Shown piece by piece: positions 48,831 through 60,997 of a stretch of DNA of 64,000 nucleotides. The notes beneath the pieces are model-generated. The model did no database searches. It was not told the DNA's origin and saw only the letters and a list, made by a program, of their open reading frames with translations. Numbering within the stretch: the stretch's first letter is position 1; each line of letters begins with the position of its first letter. The stretch comes from Eledone cirrhosa (Eukaryota). The stretch is taken from assembly GCA_964016885.1 (NCBI GenBank), contig OZ024742.1:142910001-142974000 (forward strand). Reading direction: 5' to 3'. A program made the translations under genes and the position numbers.

Positions 48831-49319
48831 AATTTTTTTTCTATCATTCATAAAGCACTATTGTAGCTGTCGAATTCATAGTAATTTCATTGTTTATTAT
48901 TTCATTGCATCTATAATTACACCAATTCCATCAGTTAGAAAAGTGTACAAAAGTGAAAGCCTGTATTGTGTTTATTTTCAGAATTATGTTGAGAATGGGT
49001 TTGAAATTACATACTCATACAATCAACAAATCAAATTGACAATAACAATAAAAATGGATCAGAAAGAAAAGGAATGCACACTACACCAGAGAATACTTGT
49101 GTATCCATAAAATGTGTTGAGAAAACCTCAAACACTCAAGGCGTTTCGCCGGTTTTTAGCAAGGCTGAGTCGGTATAACAATCAAGCATCCACACGAGCA
49201 AGCATGACTTTACATTTCAGTAAGACGAACCGCCAACAATAACAAAAACTTCGTTGTCAGCGGTCCAGCATCACGGACTGGAAAATGTAATTTTCCTACA
49301 TATAGTATTATTCTTGCTC

Positions 49320-49760
49320 GGAATATATCCCTGGGTCTCCTCCTGGCTGGTTTTGCCTATGAAATCTGTGCAGCAATTCTTTCCTGAGACATTCTAACTA
49401 CATGCCCGTAGTATCGAAGCTGTGATATCTCAATTCAAAGAAATAGCGGCTCTACCTAGGGTGACTCTGATCTCTGAACTACGCACTCTATTCAGTAACA
49501 TTACTCCAAAGACGTTTCGGAGGAACCCCATTTCGGCTGCTTGTATTCTTTCAGTCATTACCCAAGATTCATGATCATAGGTAAGGGTTGGCACGAATAC
49601 TGAATTGGAGATAGCGAGTCTGGCTTTTACCTCCTTTCTTCTGATTACTGAACGCTGAAGCTGATTCATTACTGCACTTACTAGCTCTTGCAATTCTTGC
49701 ACTTAACTCAGCTTCCTGCCTTCCATCACTCATGAACACAGCCCCGAGATACTTGAACTC
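49320..49760 (-). mobile_element. RTE fragment (family of 19502-20930)
   Basis: EEFKYLGAVFMSDG...SVFVPTLTYDHESWVMTER. Confidence 0.8.
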
Positions 49761-50305
49761 CTCCTCCTGGGTACACAAGAGGTGTGGGATCTCAGGAAGT
49801 CTAGCTAAAATGTTTTTCACATTGAACCGCCGCATCGAGGCAGTAAGCAGCAAACGACCACAGGAAACAAGCACTATCAAATTCCCGGAAGGTTCAGTAG
49901 GCAGCTTCTGTTACCTGAGTGACCAAATTAGCAGTGAAGGTGGGTGTTCTGAAAGTACTGTAGCCAGACTAAGAATGAAATGGAAGAAGTTCAGAGAGCT
50001 ACTATCGCTGTTAGCTACAAAAGACTTTTCCCTCAAAATGAAAGGCAGACTATAATGTGTGCATACGAACAGCAATGTTGCACGATAGTGAGACCTGGGT
50101 GCTGTGTGCATAAGACTTGCGTAGATTGGAAAGAAATTAAGCCTGCATACTCTGGTGGATGTGTGATAGTAATATACGTGAACGACAAAGCATAAACAAA
50201 CTGAGAGAGACACTAGGCATAAGAGGAATCAGATGCAGTGTGCAAGAGAGAGTGTGTTGGTATGGACATGTGATGCATATAAAAAGGTGCTGAGTGTTCA
50301 AAGTC
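49761..50305 (+). mobile_element. RTE fragment (family of 35942-39166)
   Basis: WVHKRCGISG...FCYLSDQISSEGGCSESTVARLR...WYGHVM. Confidence 0.8.
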
Positions 50306-52078
50306 AAGTCGAGTCCTCTCGTGCATGTACCGAGGTCCTCCCGTGAAGGTAGAAGGCAGGATGCAGACCTTGCCAATGTTTCGGGGATCCCCGTCGTTGG
50401 TCAAGCCGTCTCGCAGGTGTATGTAGCTTTCGCTACGCAGTTGCTGCTGGTGGGTTCGAATGAAGGCCAGTCGTTCTAACTCCATCTTTGCTGCCATATC
50501 CACCGCAAATTGGTTCAGTAGGTCCTGCGATCTGTGCAAACTGTTGAAACAGTTTCTCCGAGGCATGAGTCGGTATGCGTAAAATTCCTTGCAGGACGCG
50601 GTTTTGGCGGCAGCAACGGAGGGCTGGTTTGGCTGGCAGTGTGGAGTCTTGAAGTGGTAGCCGTCCTCGCCGCGGGGGAAAAGTAGAGGGTATTGGAGGC
50701 TGTCGTAGGAGCGGTGTGTTTCGCGTATTCTGTGGAGGCCAGTTGCACGGTTGGATATGACGATATCCCGGGGGTTGCGCTGGTCTCCGTGAAGGACGAC
50801 TGCCACCTCGTTGCACGCGGGCGCGTTGAATCGACGGGCGTGTTCTCCGGATGGTCTTTTGTCGGCATCGATGACAATGTTGAAGTTAGGCAGGTCAGTA
50901 GTCTCCAAGGCGTACTTGAAGCTCTGCACGTAGCTGTTTTCGGAGTGTAGCATTTGCTGCAGCGCAAGGAGGACGTCTCTGTCCAGGTTCTCTCTAGTGC
51001 CATCAGCTGGGATGACAGATGAGTGCATGTCAGCCTGCTTGTTGTAGTCAGCTATGAAGTAAATTTGCAGGAAGGCGGGTTGTGCTGCCGGCTCAGGCTG
51101 TAGAGGACCGACATAGTGGTAAACCTGGCCCTGAACCTTAAAGGTTGGCATCCACCCGCTTTCTCGTACAATTTTGGCCCTGAACGAAGTCATCTGGAAA
51201 GCGCAGTTGTATTTCCTTATGTTGCCAAGGAAGTCTGTTGACGTAGAGGTCTCTCCACTAAGAAGTTCTCGCAAAGGTTCTGGAGGGGCCGCCAAAGGAG
51301 GAAGTGAAACCTTCCCATTAGAGCAACACAGGCCAGGTGTTTCTCCGGGCCACTTCTCTGCACCACAGAATTGGCATATGACATCCATCCTGCCTAGTTG
51401 AATGTCCGTACGGTCGGAGTATTTTACTGTTGGATCGTAGTTGAAAGCCTTCATAAGCCCAAATGACTCATGTGGACTCATTGTTCCTCTGGCGGTGTCT
51501 CTTCGTGCGTTGTTTGTGTCCAACCGAGCACGGCGAGCTGTTTGATGTTCTGCGGCACGGGAGGCGGCAGTGGATACAGCGTTCTGGGACCTTCGGATGG
51601 CTGTCTGTATCTCGGTCTGGGATGCTCTGGCAGCTGCGGTGGAGGCGGAGTCCTTGGACCTTCAGATGGCTGTCTCCTGGTCGGTTTCTGCGGCACGGGA
51701 GGCGGCGGTTGAAGCAGCGTTCTTTGACCGTCTGGTGGCTGTTTGCTGTTTAGTTTCGGAGGCCCTTGCAGCAGCAGTAGTTGCAGCATTCCTAGCCCTA
51801 CGAAGAGCTCTTTGGCTGTCACTCTCTGCTGCCCTAGAGGCGGCTGTTGCAACTGCATTCCGACAATTACGAATGGCACGATTCGAAGCAGTAACCGTAG
51901 ATAGAGAGGTGCTGGGTTGGGCTGTGCTAGGAGTACTTAAGTTTGAAAGTGAAGTAACAGGGGTTTGTGGCCAAAAATGCAGTCCGGCATCCGTAGACTG
52001 CTCATTCAATCGCCTCTTTTTTGAAACAACAGACGATGTTTTCCTACGGTTAAGGGTACTCTTTCTTTTCAGTGGCAT
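50306..52078 (-). pseudogene. Helitron RepHel N-terminal region (repeats, zinc-binding motif, helitron_like_N), one premature stop, truncated before the HUH and helicase domains
   Basis: ORFs 51662-52078 and 50213-51523 are in one frame. CQFCGAEKWPGETPGLCCSNGKV, FLGNIRKYNCAFQMTSF, FKVQGQVYH, YDSLQYPLLFPRGEDG and ILPSTFTGGPRYM are typical RepHel motifs. Confidence 0.92.
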
Positions 52079-53240
52079 GGTTGCAATAGTACAGTAAACA
52101 GTAAAGGGGAAGCAGGTTTACAGCAAAGGCAAAAAAGCGAAGGTGATAAGCAGTATTATGGGGAAGGTAAAAAAAAGTGACAAATTGTTACAATTTTAAG
52201 CAAGAAAAAAGTAAACAAAAAACGTACTGAGAATGGCAAAGTCCGAAAGCGAGGTCACAAAATGTAATGCAGTGAGAGTGAAGCACACGTCTACACAGTA
52301 GCCTAACCAAGTAGCAAGTGTAGCGTTTGAAAACCAAAGCTTTGCAGGCCACTCAAATCAACGATAAGAGTCTGCAGAATTTTTTGATAGCAGTCTTGCC
52401 AAAACAGAATAAAAGCTGCCACCTCCAGCCGTCCATGAAATTTTTTTTTTGATTCAAGGCGAAAATTTGTCCACTTCTCGACCGAAAGAAAGCAAAAACT
52501 GACTCAACTGGTGCCAGGTGGTCAGAACTGGCAGGAACTGGTTTGTGTCACGTGAAGCTGTAACTATAGCAACAGTGGTTCCCTCGGTCTCAAAGACCAA
52601 AGTAAGTGGAGAGGGGAAGGTAATGTTACTGTAACACCAACAACGTCTCTCTCTATATTCCTCGCTCAATAAAGAAGGGGGAGGGGGAAGGTAATGTTAA
52701 TATAGCAACAGTGGTTCGCTCACTGACCAAAGTGGAGAGGGGAATGTAATATTTCTGTGACACCCAAAACTTCTCTCTCTATCTTCCTCTCTCTCTCTCT
52801 AAAGAAGAGGGAAAGGGAAGGTAATGTTACTATAAGACCTGTTATTCCTGTCTCTCTATATACGAAGTGGAGATTCGACCTCGAGCTTCACTCTCGACCG
52901 AATTTCGAAATGATTCGAGCACGTCAACAAAATTTAGACTCTTTTCTACCCATATTAGCAAAAAACCGGGTCAAAAAACTCAAAAGGAAAAATTTTTCAC
53001 GCGTGCATAAAATGCAACCTCATCTCCCGATTTCACCCAAAATAGACAAAAAGGTGGATTGCGGGCCCCTAGGGGGACCTATCAAAAAACAAAGTAGCCT
53101 AAGCAATGTAAAGGGTCATGAGGAGTGATGTATGCAAATTTGAGCGAGATCGGGCGAGCGGTGTAGACGCCAACCTCGAATAATGTAGCATCCACACACA
53201 CACACAGACAAACACACATCCTCTGTTTTATATATATAGA
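50306..53240 (-). mobile_element. Helitron, 5' portion (3'-truncated)
   Basis: Minus strand starts A|TCTATATATATAAAA (canonical Helitron 5' end) and contains the N-terminal part of a RepHel ORF; no hairpin/CTRR 3' end seen; the left junction is approximate. Confidence 0.9.
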
Positions 53241-53945
53241 TACTATATATATGTATTCAAAATAGAGGGTGGACAGGACAATGACAATGTAAAAATACAG
53301 AAAGACGGACAGTCCCATTTCAGTCAACCATTGGAAATCACTGCGGTTTTCCTTTTAGAATGATGTCCTAATATTTATTTTAACACCTATTTTCCATGCT
53401 TACATGGGTTAGACAGGCTGTCAAATTCTGAGGCTAGACTAGTTAGGTGACTATATCTATTGCATACATTCCATTCCATTATTGGCATGGTTTCTATGGC
53501 TGGATGCTCTTCCTAATGCCGACCACTTTACAACATGTACTGAATGGGGTGGATACTTTTCATCATGGCACCAGTACTACCAGTTTACAATGTTGACTGG
53601 AAGCATTTTATCATGGTACCACTTTACGAGTGGGCTCTGTGCATTTTATTGTGGTACCAGCAGTACCCCAGTACAACACTAGGGTGCTAGTTGTGCTCTC
53701 AACCAGGCATTCTTTACTTTGGTATGCTATTGCAAGGACTTAATATTTAGATACCATACTATTTTCAAGACATTTTATACATTTAATCATCATCCCAACA
53801 GTTGAATTCATCATTATTTCAAAAGCAAATATAAATAACATGCTCAAATATTGAATAACAACTAAAACAATGAAAAGTGAAAAAATATCTATTCTCTTTT
53901 ATTAATATATTTCTTTCCTACTATTATAAACTAACAAGTAGTTTT

Positions 53946-54053
53946 TCATGGGGTGAAGATACCATCTGCAAAAAGTTTTTGCCATTCACTTCCATTGGGA
54001 TACTCATATTCATCTAGGGAGGATGTCTTCATTTGAGAACTATATCCAGCTTT
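53946..54053 (-). CDS. ENOSF1: ENOSF1 last coding exon
   Basis: ttttcAG acceptor; KAGYSSQMKTSSLDEYEYPNGSEWQKLFADGIFTP*; AATAAA at 53898-53903 on the minus strand. Confidence 0.92.
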   Translation of the reverse strand, partial: KAGYSSQMKTSSLDEYEYPNGSEWQKLFADGIFTP

Positions 54054-54637
54054 CTGAAAATAGTAAAACAATGACATTGAAATTACTTTCATTTAAAGAA
54101 ATTAGTTGCACAAGTGAGTCCATGTTAAAATTTTAGTGTAGATTGGAATAAATAAATAAAGGTTGCTCAGGATATCTGTGGGGCTGTGTGGAGGAGGTGA
54201 CCGGAAGCTGGGGACGCTTGACCGGAGGCAGAGGAGGAGTGACGTCAGATGCGTTTCTGAGGCAGCATCTGTAGGCTGCGTCTCCTCGCGGACTTGGAAG
54301 AAAGACGGACGTACCAGATGAAGCTGCAGCTTGGCGAATGAATTATAAAACGAAGATTGATGCACGGCTTTGAGTGAACCAGCAGACTCGCGGTAAGTGG
54401 AATAGCTTTCACACCACATATTCAACACTGGTTATGGTCTGGTTTTAATCAACAATTAATCATTGTTATACAGATGCTGGAACTATATGGTCAATATTTT
54501 CAAAATGCACACTCTGTGGCAACAGATATCTTATATAAAATAATTCTTTCTAAGTTTAATATTATATATTAATGCACCATGACCCTGTTCTAATATTAAT
54601 GTTTACGTCTTTACAAAAACAAAGGTGTAATACTTAC

Positions 54638-54719
54638 TAATGGAACTTGGTAGTGTCCACTCTTTACACGAACAGGATCCAAGAAATGTTCATGTAAATG
54701 ATTCGCAAATTCTGTAATA
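54638..54719 (-). CDS. ENOSF1: ENOSF1 coding exon
   Basis: tttcAG acceptor; (S)ITEFANHLHEHFLDPVRVKSGHYQVPL; GTAAGT donor; 82 nt. Confidence 0.93.
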
Positions 54720-55817
54720 CTGAAATAAGCAATAATATTTCGTTAATATATATCTGTCAATGGCTACATTTATAAACACTAAGAGAAATAATGTGTAAAG
54801 AAACTTGAGTGTTCTGAGTGTATCAAATATTGATTTCTCTCAATAACACAGGGGCTCATATTTATAGCGAAGTTTTTAATTGATCAAATCAAGTAGTAGC
54901 AACAATGTTCAATTGATTCCTAGCATAGTTACAAGGCCTCAACATTTGAGGGATTGGTATAGCCAATCAGAACAACCCAGTACTCAAATGGTACTTAATT
55001 TTATCAAACTCAGATGGATGAAAAGCAAAATTGACCTTAGTGGGATTTAAACAAAGAATTGTTGTATGCATCTAATTACCACAAGACAGTCTTTCTATCC
55101 CTCTTTTGATTCTGCTATTCTTCCATTCAGCACTATCAAAAATTATTCATCATATAAACACAAGACCATAAACTTGTGACAGGAATAGTTGATTATATTG
55201 ACACTAATTATTGATGGGTACTTTTTTTTATCAAGCCCTGAAAGATGAGAAACACAGTTGACCTCAGCAAATTTTAAACTTGGGATATAAAGAGTTGTAA
55301 CTAAGTTATTTTACTCAATGCTTTAAAAAATCTGCCAATTCATAAGAGCTGTAAAATTGACAAATATTTTGTGCATTTGTAATGTTGACTTCAATTTCTG
55401 GGGATTTAAAGAAGGTAGTGGGAAACCATCAATCTAAGTATGCTCAATAAAAAGTTTCCAAAGTCAAACTCGGCAGGATTTGAACTCAAGAGAGAGGATC
55501 AAAACTAAGTACTGTAAAGCATTCTAGCCTTTTTATTTATCTTCTGTTTTGTTTAAATTATAATTTGTACTCTCAAATAGTTCTGTATTGTGTAAGTTAA
55601 TCAGTGCATTTTATCATGACACCAGCACTAAGGATGTTGTCATGTCTTTGACACAATTGCAGAGTCCTCCCAACCCTTTTGCAAATTTGCTGAATCTGGA
55701 TGCCTTTCCTATCAACAATCATTTTACATAGTGTACTGAGTGCATTTATCGTGTAGCTCACCAACACTGGAGAGGTTCCCATGCCATCAACACATCTGGA
55801 GAGTCCTCTTGTGTACA

Positions 55818-56772
55818 TCTGTATATATATAAAATTAAGTATGTGTGTGTGTCTGTGTATTACCTATAGGGGCCTACATCTTACGACCGATTTTCATGAA
55901 ACTTTACAGGCTCATAGATTAGTCATTGGGGAGTGTTTTCTATATATCAGCGTATCGTTTTTTTATTCCGGGGTCATTCTGCAGATAAAAATCGATAGGG
56001 GGGGTCACCTTTTTTAGGTATCGAAACATAAGATTTTTGGCTCTAGCTCCCACATTTTGCCACCGATTTCATTCAAATTTTAAAGCAAAATAGAATTTAT
56101 CATTGCACATCCTGTAATGGCTTTATATTTTGCATTTGTTGTTCAGGGACGGCGTGGCAGCCGCTTAAATATTCAAATATTCCACTCAAATTTCCACTTT
56201 TTTGGCTCTAGCTCCCACATTAATCAACCTACTTTGTTCAAATTTTACACTATTTTGGATCTTTTGTTCAGGAACGGCGTGGCAGCCGCTTAAATATTCG
56301 AAAATACCACCTTTTCACTCAAATTTCCGTCTTTTTGGCTCTAGCTCCCACATTTTTCAACCGATTTCGTTCAAATTCGAAACTTCAGCTCCACCTCACA
56401 CATAAATCAATTTATTTGGTTCAACTTTTATACTACGATAGAACCTATCATTGCACATCTTATAGATGGTCAAAGGCAAAACGATGGCCACTGACGTCGT
56501 CTGAGCTTTTAGTTGTGTATTTGAGAATTCATCGAATACTCAAGTAGCGTGAGGAAATTTGGCTTAGTGTTAGAGGTCATTACCTCCCTCCCCCAGTATG
56601 CCCCTTCGTCAGTCACCCGCGTTTCTCAGTGATAGAATCATCACCACCCTACCCCACATGGCCTGTGTGTGGCCATAGATGAGTCATTGAAGAGCAATCG
56701 CTAAGATCAACACCTTTTCCTCAAAGCAGATATTATTTTACCTACCCAGGCAACGCTGGGTACTGCTGCTAG
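55818..56772 (+). mobile_element. Complete non-autonomous Helitron, 955 bp
   Basis: A|TCTGTATATATATAAAA 5' end; 3' hairpin TACCCAG-gcaacg-CTGGGTA then CTAG|T; no TSD; internal triplicated block starting ttggctctagctcccacatt. Confidence 0.9.
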
Positions 56773-56811
56773 TATATATATATATATAGAGAGAGATAGA
56801 TATATGTATGT

Positions 56812-57145
56812 GAAGGCACATGGTTTAATGGTTAGAGCTTTGGGCTTACAATCGGGAGGTTGTGAGTTTGATTCTTGGACTGGGTGGTGTGTTATGTCCT
56901 TGAGCAAGACACTTTATTTCACGTTGCTCCAGTTTACTAAACAACTGTAGAACTGAGTTGGGACGCCGCTGGTGCCAAGATGTATCGACCATTGCTTTTC
57001 CCTTGGATAACATTGTTGGCATGGAGCTGGGAGACTGGTATGCATGGGCAACTGCTGGTCTTTCACAAACAACTTTTCCTGGACTTGCACCTTGGAAGGG
57101 AACTTTCTAGGTACAAATCCCATGGCTATTCCTGACTAAAGACTT
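56812..57145 (+). mobile_element. tRNA-derived SINE (second family)
   Basis: TGGTTTAATGGTTAGAGC A-box, GAGTTTGATTC B-box, tccttgagcaagacac central segment. Confidence 0.8.
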
Positions 57146-57537
57146 TACTATATATATAATAGAAATTGAAGCTTTCGCCATATTTTTGACTAAAGAAACT
57201 TTAGCCTGATAGTGGGGTTTAGAACCCTCTAAGAAATGGAAAAAGATGAGTATTGACATACATGGGAGTTGTACCACATCTTTGGTTATCCAGACCACTG
57301 TGCTACCATTACACCAACACATCACACATCTTTTTGGTAGCACAGAGGTCTAGATAACCAAAGATATGGGTTCAACTCCCATGTACGTCAATACTCATCT
57401 TTTTCCATTTCTTAGAGGGTTCTAAACTCCACTATCAGGCTAAAGTTTCTTTAGTCAAAAATACAGCAAAAGCTTCTATTTCTATTTTAAAACTCACTCG
57501 CTGTTTTAAAAACATACTTACTTGTCATATATATATG

Positions 57538-57572
<35 letters not shown>

Positions 57573-57720
57573 CATTATTTTATATAGAAATGACTTCTAC
57601 AGGAATAGAACTGATTTTATACAAATTAGTCACCATATCGATTTATCATGGTCAATGCCTTTTGTCTTCATTTCTTGACACATGCATTTATGTATTTATA
57701 TATATATATGCACATATATG

Positions 57721-57807
<87 letters not shown>

Positions 57808-57930
57808 AAAGTTATATTTAAAATTGTTGGGTTACAACTAGTAAATATTTATAACTGATATAAAAGCACTCGACAAATATTTGGAGTATATTTACAATAT
57901 TAAATAAATGGAAACTATATTTATAAAACC

Positions 57931-58007
57931 ATATTTATTTCATTATATATATTTCAGGGATATCATATTAACAATATGCTATGCCTTCCTCAGACAAAAT
58001 ACAATAT
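57931..58007 (-). ncRNA. Type I hammerhead ribozyme motif
   Basis: Identical to 21973-22049. Confidence 0.8.
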
Positions 58008-59715
58008 AAACAGTTTTATAGATAAATAGATTCGACATACCGTAACAACATCGACTTGCATTTGAAGAGGTTGATTTGGCAGTGAAAAAATTGTACACAG
58101 AGAGAAAGAAAGAGAGAAAAAAGAAAGAAAGACAGAAAACGAAGAAAAGGAAGAAAAAGAAGAAATGCATGGAACAAAATAGAGAGATGGAAAGATAGAT
58201 AAAGAGAAGAACTTCATGTAAAGAAACAGAAAGAGATATATATATATAGAGAGAGAGGAAATAGAGATAGATACATATATATATAGAAAATTAGGTAGTG
58301 GGAGGTCTGTTGAGTAAATGTATCAATGATACATTTATTTATTTATTTATTTATTTAGCTCTAGTATTAATGTAAGGGAGATATATATAGAGAGAAAAAA
58401 AATATAGAGAGAGAAAAAAATATAGCGAGAGAAGAAAAAATTTAAAAATAACCAGATATATGCGAGGCGTAAAAACCCTATGTTTTAATGTAGAGGTATT
58501 AGTATTTATAAAACATCCACTATATTGTAAATATCAGTATTCCTGAATGAGACAAGTATCCATAGTGTGTGAAAATTAATGATCTTATGTTTAGTTTTTT
58601 AAAAAATTCATATGTTTATGTGATAGCTACAAACATCCATGTGAATCTACATGATCAACTCTGCAAACCCTAAGTTCACGGAAAACATTCTCAATGTGGT
58701 ATAAAAATTTGAGTATACATATATGTGTATTATTATTCCTGTCTTTACTCTACAAGATTATCTATCAAGCAGAAATAGAGAGCAGATTTCAATATACTAA
58801 TAAAAATATATATCAGAAACAAAACTAAAAAAATAACAATAATAATAATAGTTAGTTTTCTATTTTATTATTACTTATTATTATTATTGTTATTTTTTTA
58901 GTTTTGTTTCTGATATATATTTTTATTAGTATATTGAAATCTGCTCTCTATTTCTGCTTGATAGATAATCTTGTAGAGTAAAGACAGGAATAATAATACA
59001 CATATATGTATACTCAAATTTTTATACCACATTGAGAATGTTTTCTGTGAACTTAGGGTTTGCAGAGTTGATCATGTAGATTCACATGGATGTTTGTAGC
59101 TATCACATAAACATATGAATTTTTTAAAAAACTAAACATAAGATCATTAATTTTCACACACTATGGATACTTGTCTCATTCAGGAATACTGATATTTACA
59201 ATATAGTGGATGTTTTATAAATACTAATACCTCTACATTAAAACATAGGGTTTTTACGCCTCGCATATATCTGGTTATTTTTAAATTTTTTCTCTCGCTA
59301 TATTTTTTCTCTCTCTATATTTTTTTCTCTCTCTATATATATCTCCCTTACATTAATACTAGAGCTAAATAAATAAATAAATAAATAAATGTATCATTGA
59401 TACATTTACTCAACAGACCTCCCACTACCTAATTTTCTATATATATATGTATCTATCTCTATTTCCTCTCTCTCTATATATATATATATCTTTCTGTTTC
59501 TTTACATGAAGTTCTTCTCTTTATCTATCTTTCCATCTCTCTATTTTGTTCCATGCATTTCTTCTTTTTCTTCCTTTTCTTCGTTTTCTGTCTTTCTTTC
59601 TTTTTTCTCTCTTTCTTTCTCTCTGTGTACAATTTTTTCACTGCCAAATCAACCTCTTCAAATGCAAGTCGATGTTGTTACGGTATGTCGAATCTATTTA
59701 TCTATAAAACTGTTT

Positions 59716-59792
59716 ATATTGTATTTTGTCTGAGGAAGGCATAGCATATTGTTAATATGATATCCCTGAAATATATATAATGAAATAAATAT
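59716..59792 (+). ncRNA. Type I hammerhead ribozyme motif
   Basis: Identical to 25005-25081. Confidence 0.8.
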
Positions 59793-59824
59793 GGTTTTAT
59801 AAATATAGTTTCCATTTATTTAAT

Positions 59825-59871
<47 letters not shown>

Positions 59872-59913
59872 ATAATGATAAATTTGAAGACTAAACTTTA
59901 ATCTGTTATTTTA

Positions 59914-59949
<36 letters not shown>

Positions 59950-59994
59950 TAAAATAACAGATTAAAGTTTAGTCTTCAAATTTATCATTATTAC

Positions 59995-60026
<32 letters not shown>

Positions 60027-60390
60027 ATATATTCATACATATAATATATACATACACATATCATCATTGTTTAATGTCTATTTTCCATGCTTGCCTGGGT
60101 TAGCTGGGTTGTCATGTTATGAGACACATCAGGTTCAGAGACCATCTATGTCTTGCTCATACGTATCTGTATTTTGGCTTGGTTTCTATGGATGGATGCC
60201 CTTCCTAACACCAACTACATTACATATATATATTTACATACATAGGATGTTAAACGAAGATGGTGATGATGATGATGATATCTAAACACTCAATATGCTC
60301 TCTAGTAATTTCTTGTATAGCTAACATATTTTTAATTTTCAGTAAATATATTTCATATATGGTAGGATTAACACACAAAAGGCAGATTAC

Positions 60391-60484
60391 CTGAGTTTTC
60401 CAGAAACACAAATATAATCAAACATTGAAAGGTGTTGTACCAACTCACACAGACCAACACCACCAGCATGTGGGCATACAGGAA
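60391..60484 (-). CDS. ENOSF1: ENOSF1 coding exon
   Basis: ctgtAG acceptor; (I)[30 protein letters not shown]; GTAATC donor; contains the conserved His motif CPHAGG. Confidence 0.95.
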
Positions 60485-60825
60485 CTACAGTAAGGAGAGA
60501 AATTCATATTATAGGATTTAAAAAATAGCTTATTAAAAGAAAATATTTCCTGGTAAACATATATATTTATGTTTCTGGTGTAGTTTATTACACTCAAATA
60601 GGCTTCAACACTGTTAAATTTACCTGAACCAATTGTTTTTTTTCCAGTAATCAAAATGACACTGATTTGAACAAACCACTGAGGTGACTTCTATGCATTC
60701 CTCTATGTGGTTCTACTAGAAACAGGTGCTAAATCCCTTCAAATCCACTACCACTAGTGGAATCTGTCCCCATGACCCTCTCAGGAATAAGTGGGCAAAG
60801 AAGGAGAAGAAGAAGAAGTTCTTAC

Positions 60826-60997
60826 TTTTGAATTTTGCTGCCATTAAAATGACAGCTAGGTTTTCATTTACTCCTCCAAGGCGACAGCTATCTATTTGAC
60901 AGAAATCCATAGCTTTTCCTTGCAAGAACTGTTTGAACATAATTCGGTTTTGACATTGTTCTCCCGTGGCAATTCCAATATTCAATGGTCTGAGATT
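60826..60997 (-). CDS. ENOSF1: ENOSF1 coding exon
   Basis: tgacAG acceptor; [57 protein letters not shown]; GTAAGA donor; 172 nt. Confidence 0.96.

Larger units (their letters stand above)
57806..59830 (-). mobile_element. Second fold-back PLE derivative (non-coding, about 955-bp arms, 25-bp spacer)
   Basis: Arms 57893-58850 and 58876-59830 are inverted; same one-sided tail (57806-57892) and same outer breakpoint as 21849-25119; flanked by (TA)n. Confidence 0.92.

Noticed and set aside
50213-50305. Helitron-LINE fusion protein (ORF tail LDFEHSAPFY...)
   Set aside because: Chance run-on into the antisense strand of an RTE fragment after the truncation point.
51662-51664. Programmed readthrough or Sec at the Helitron TGA
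   Set aside because: The neighbouring repeat unit has CGA at this position; a CpG transition is the simpler explanation.
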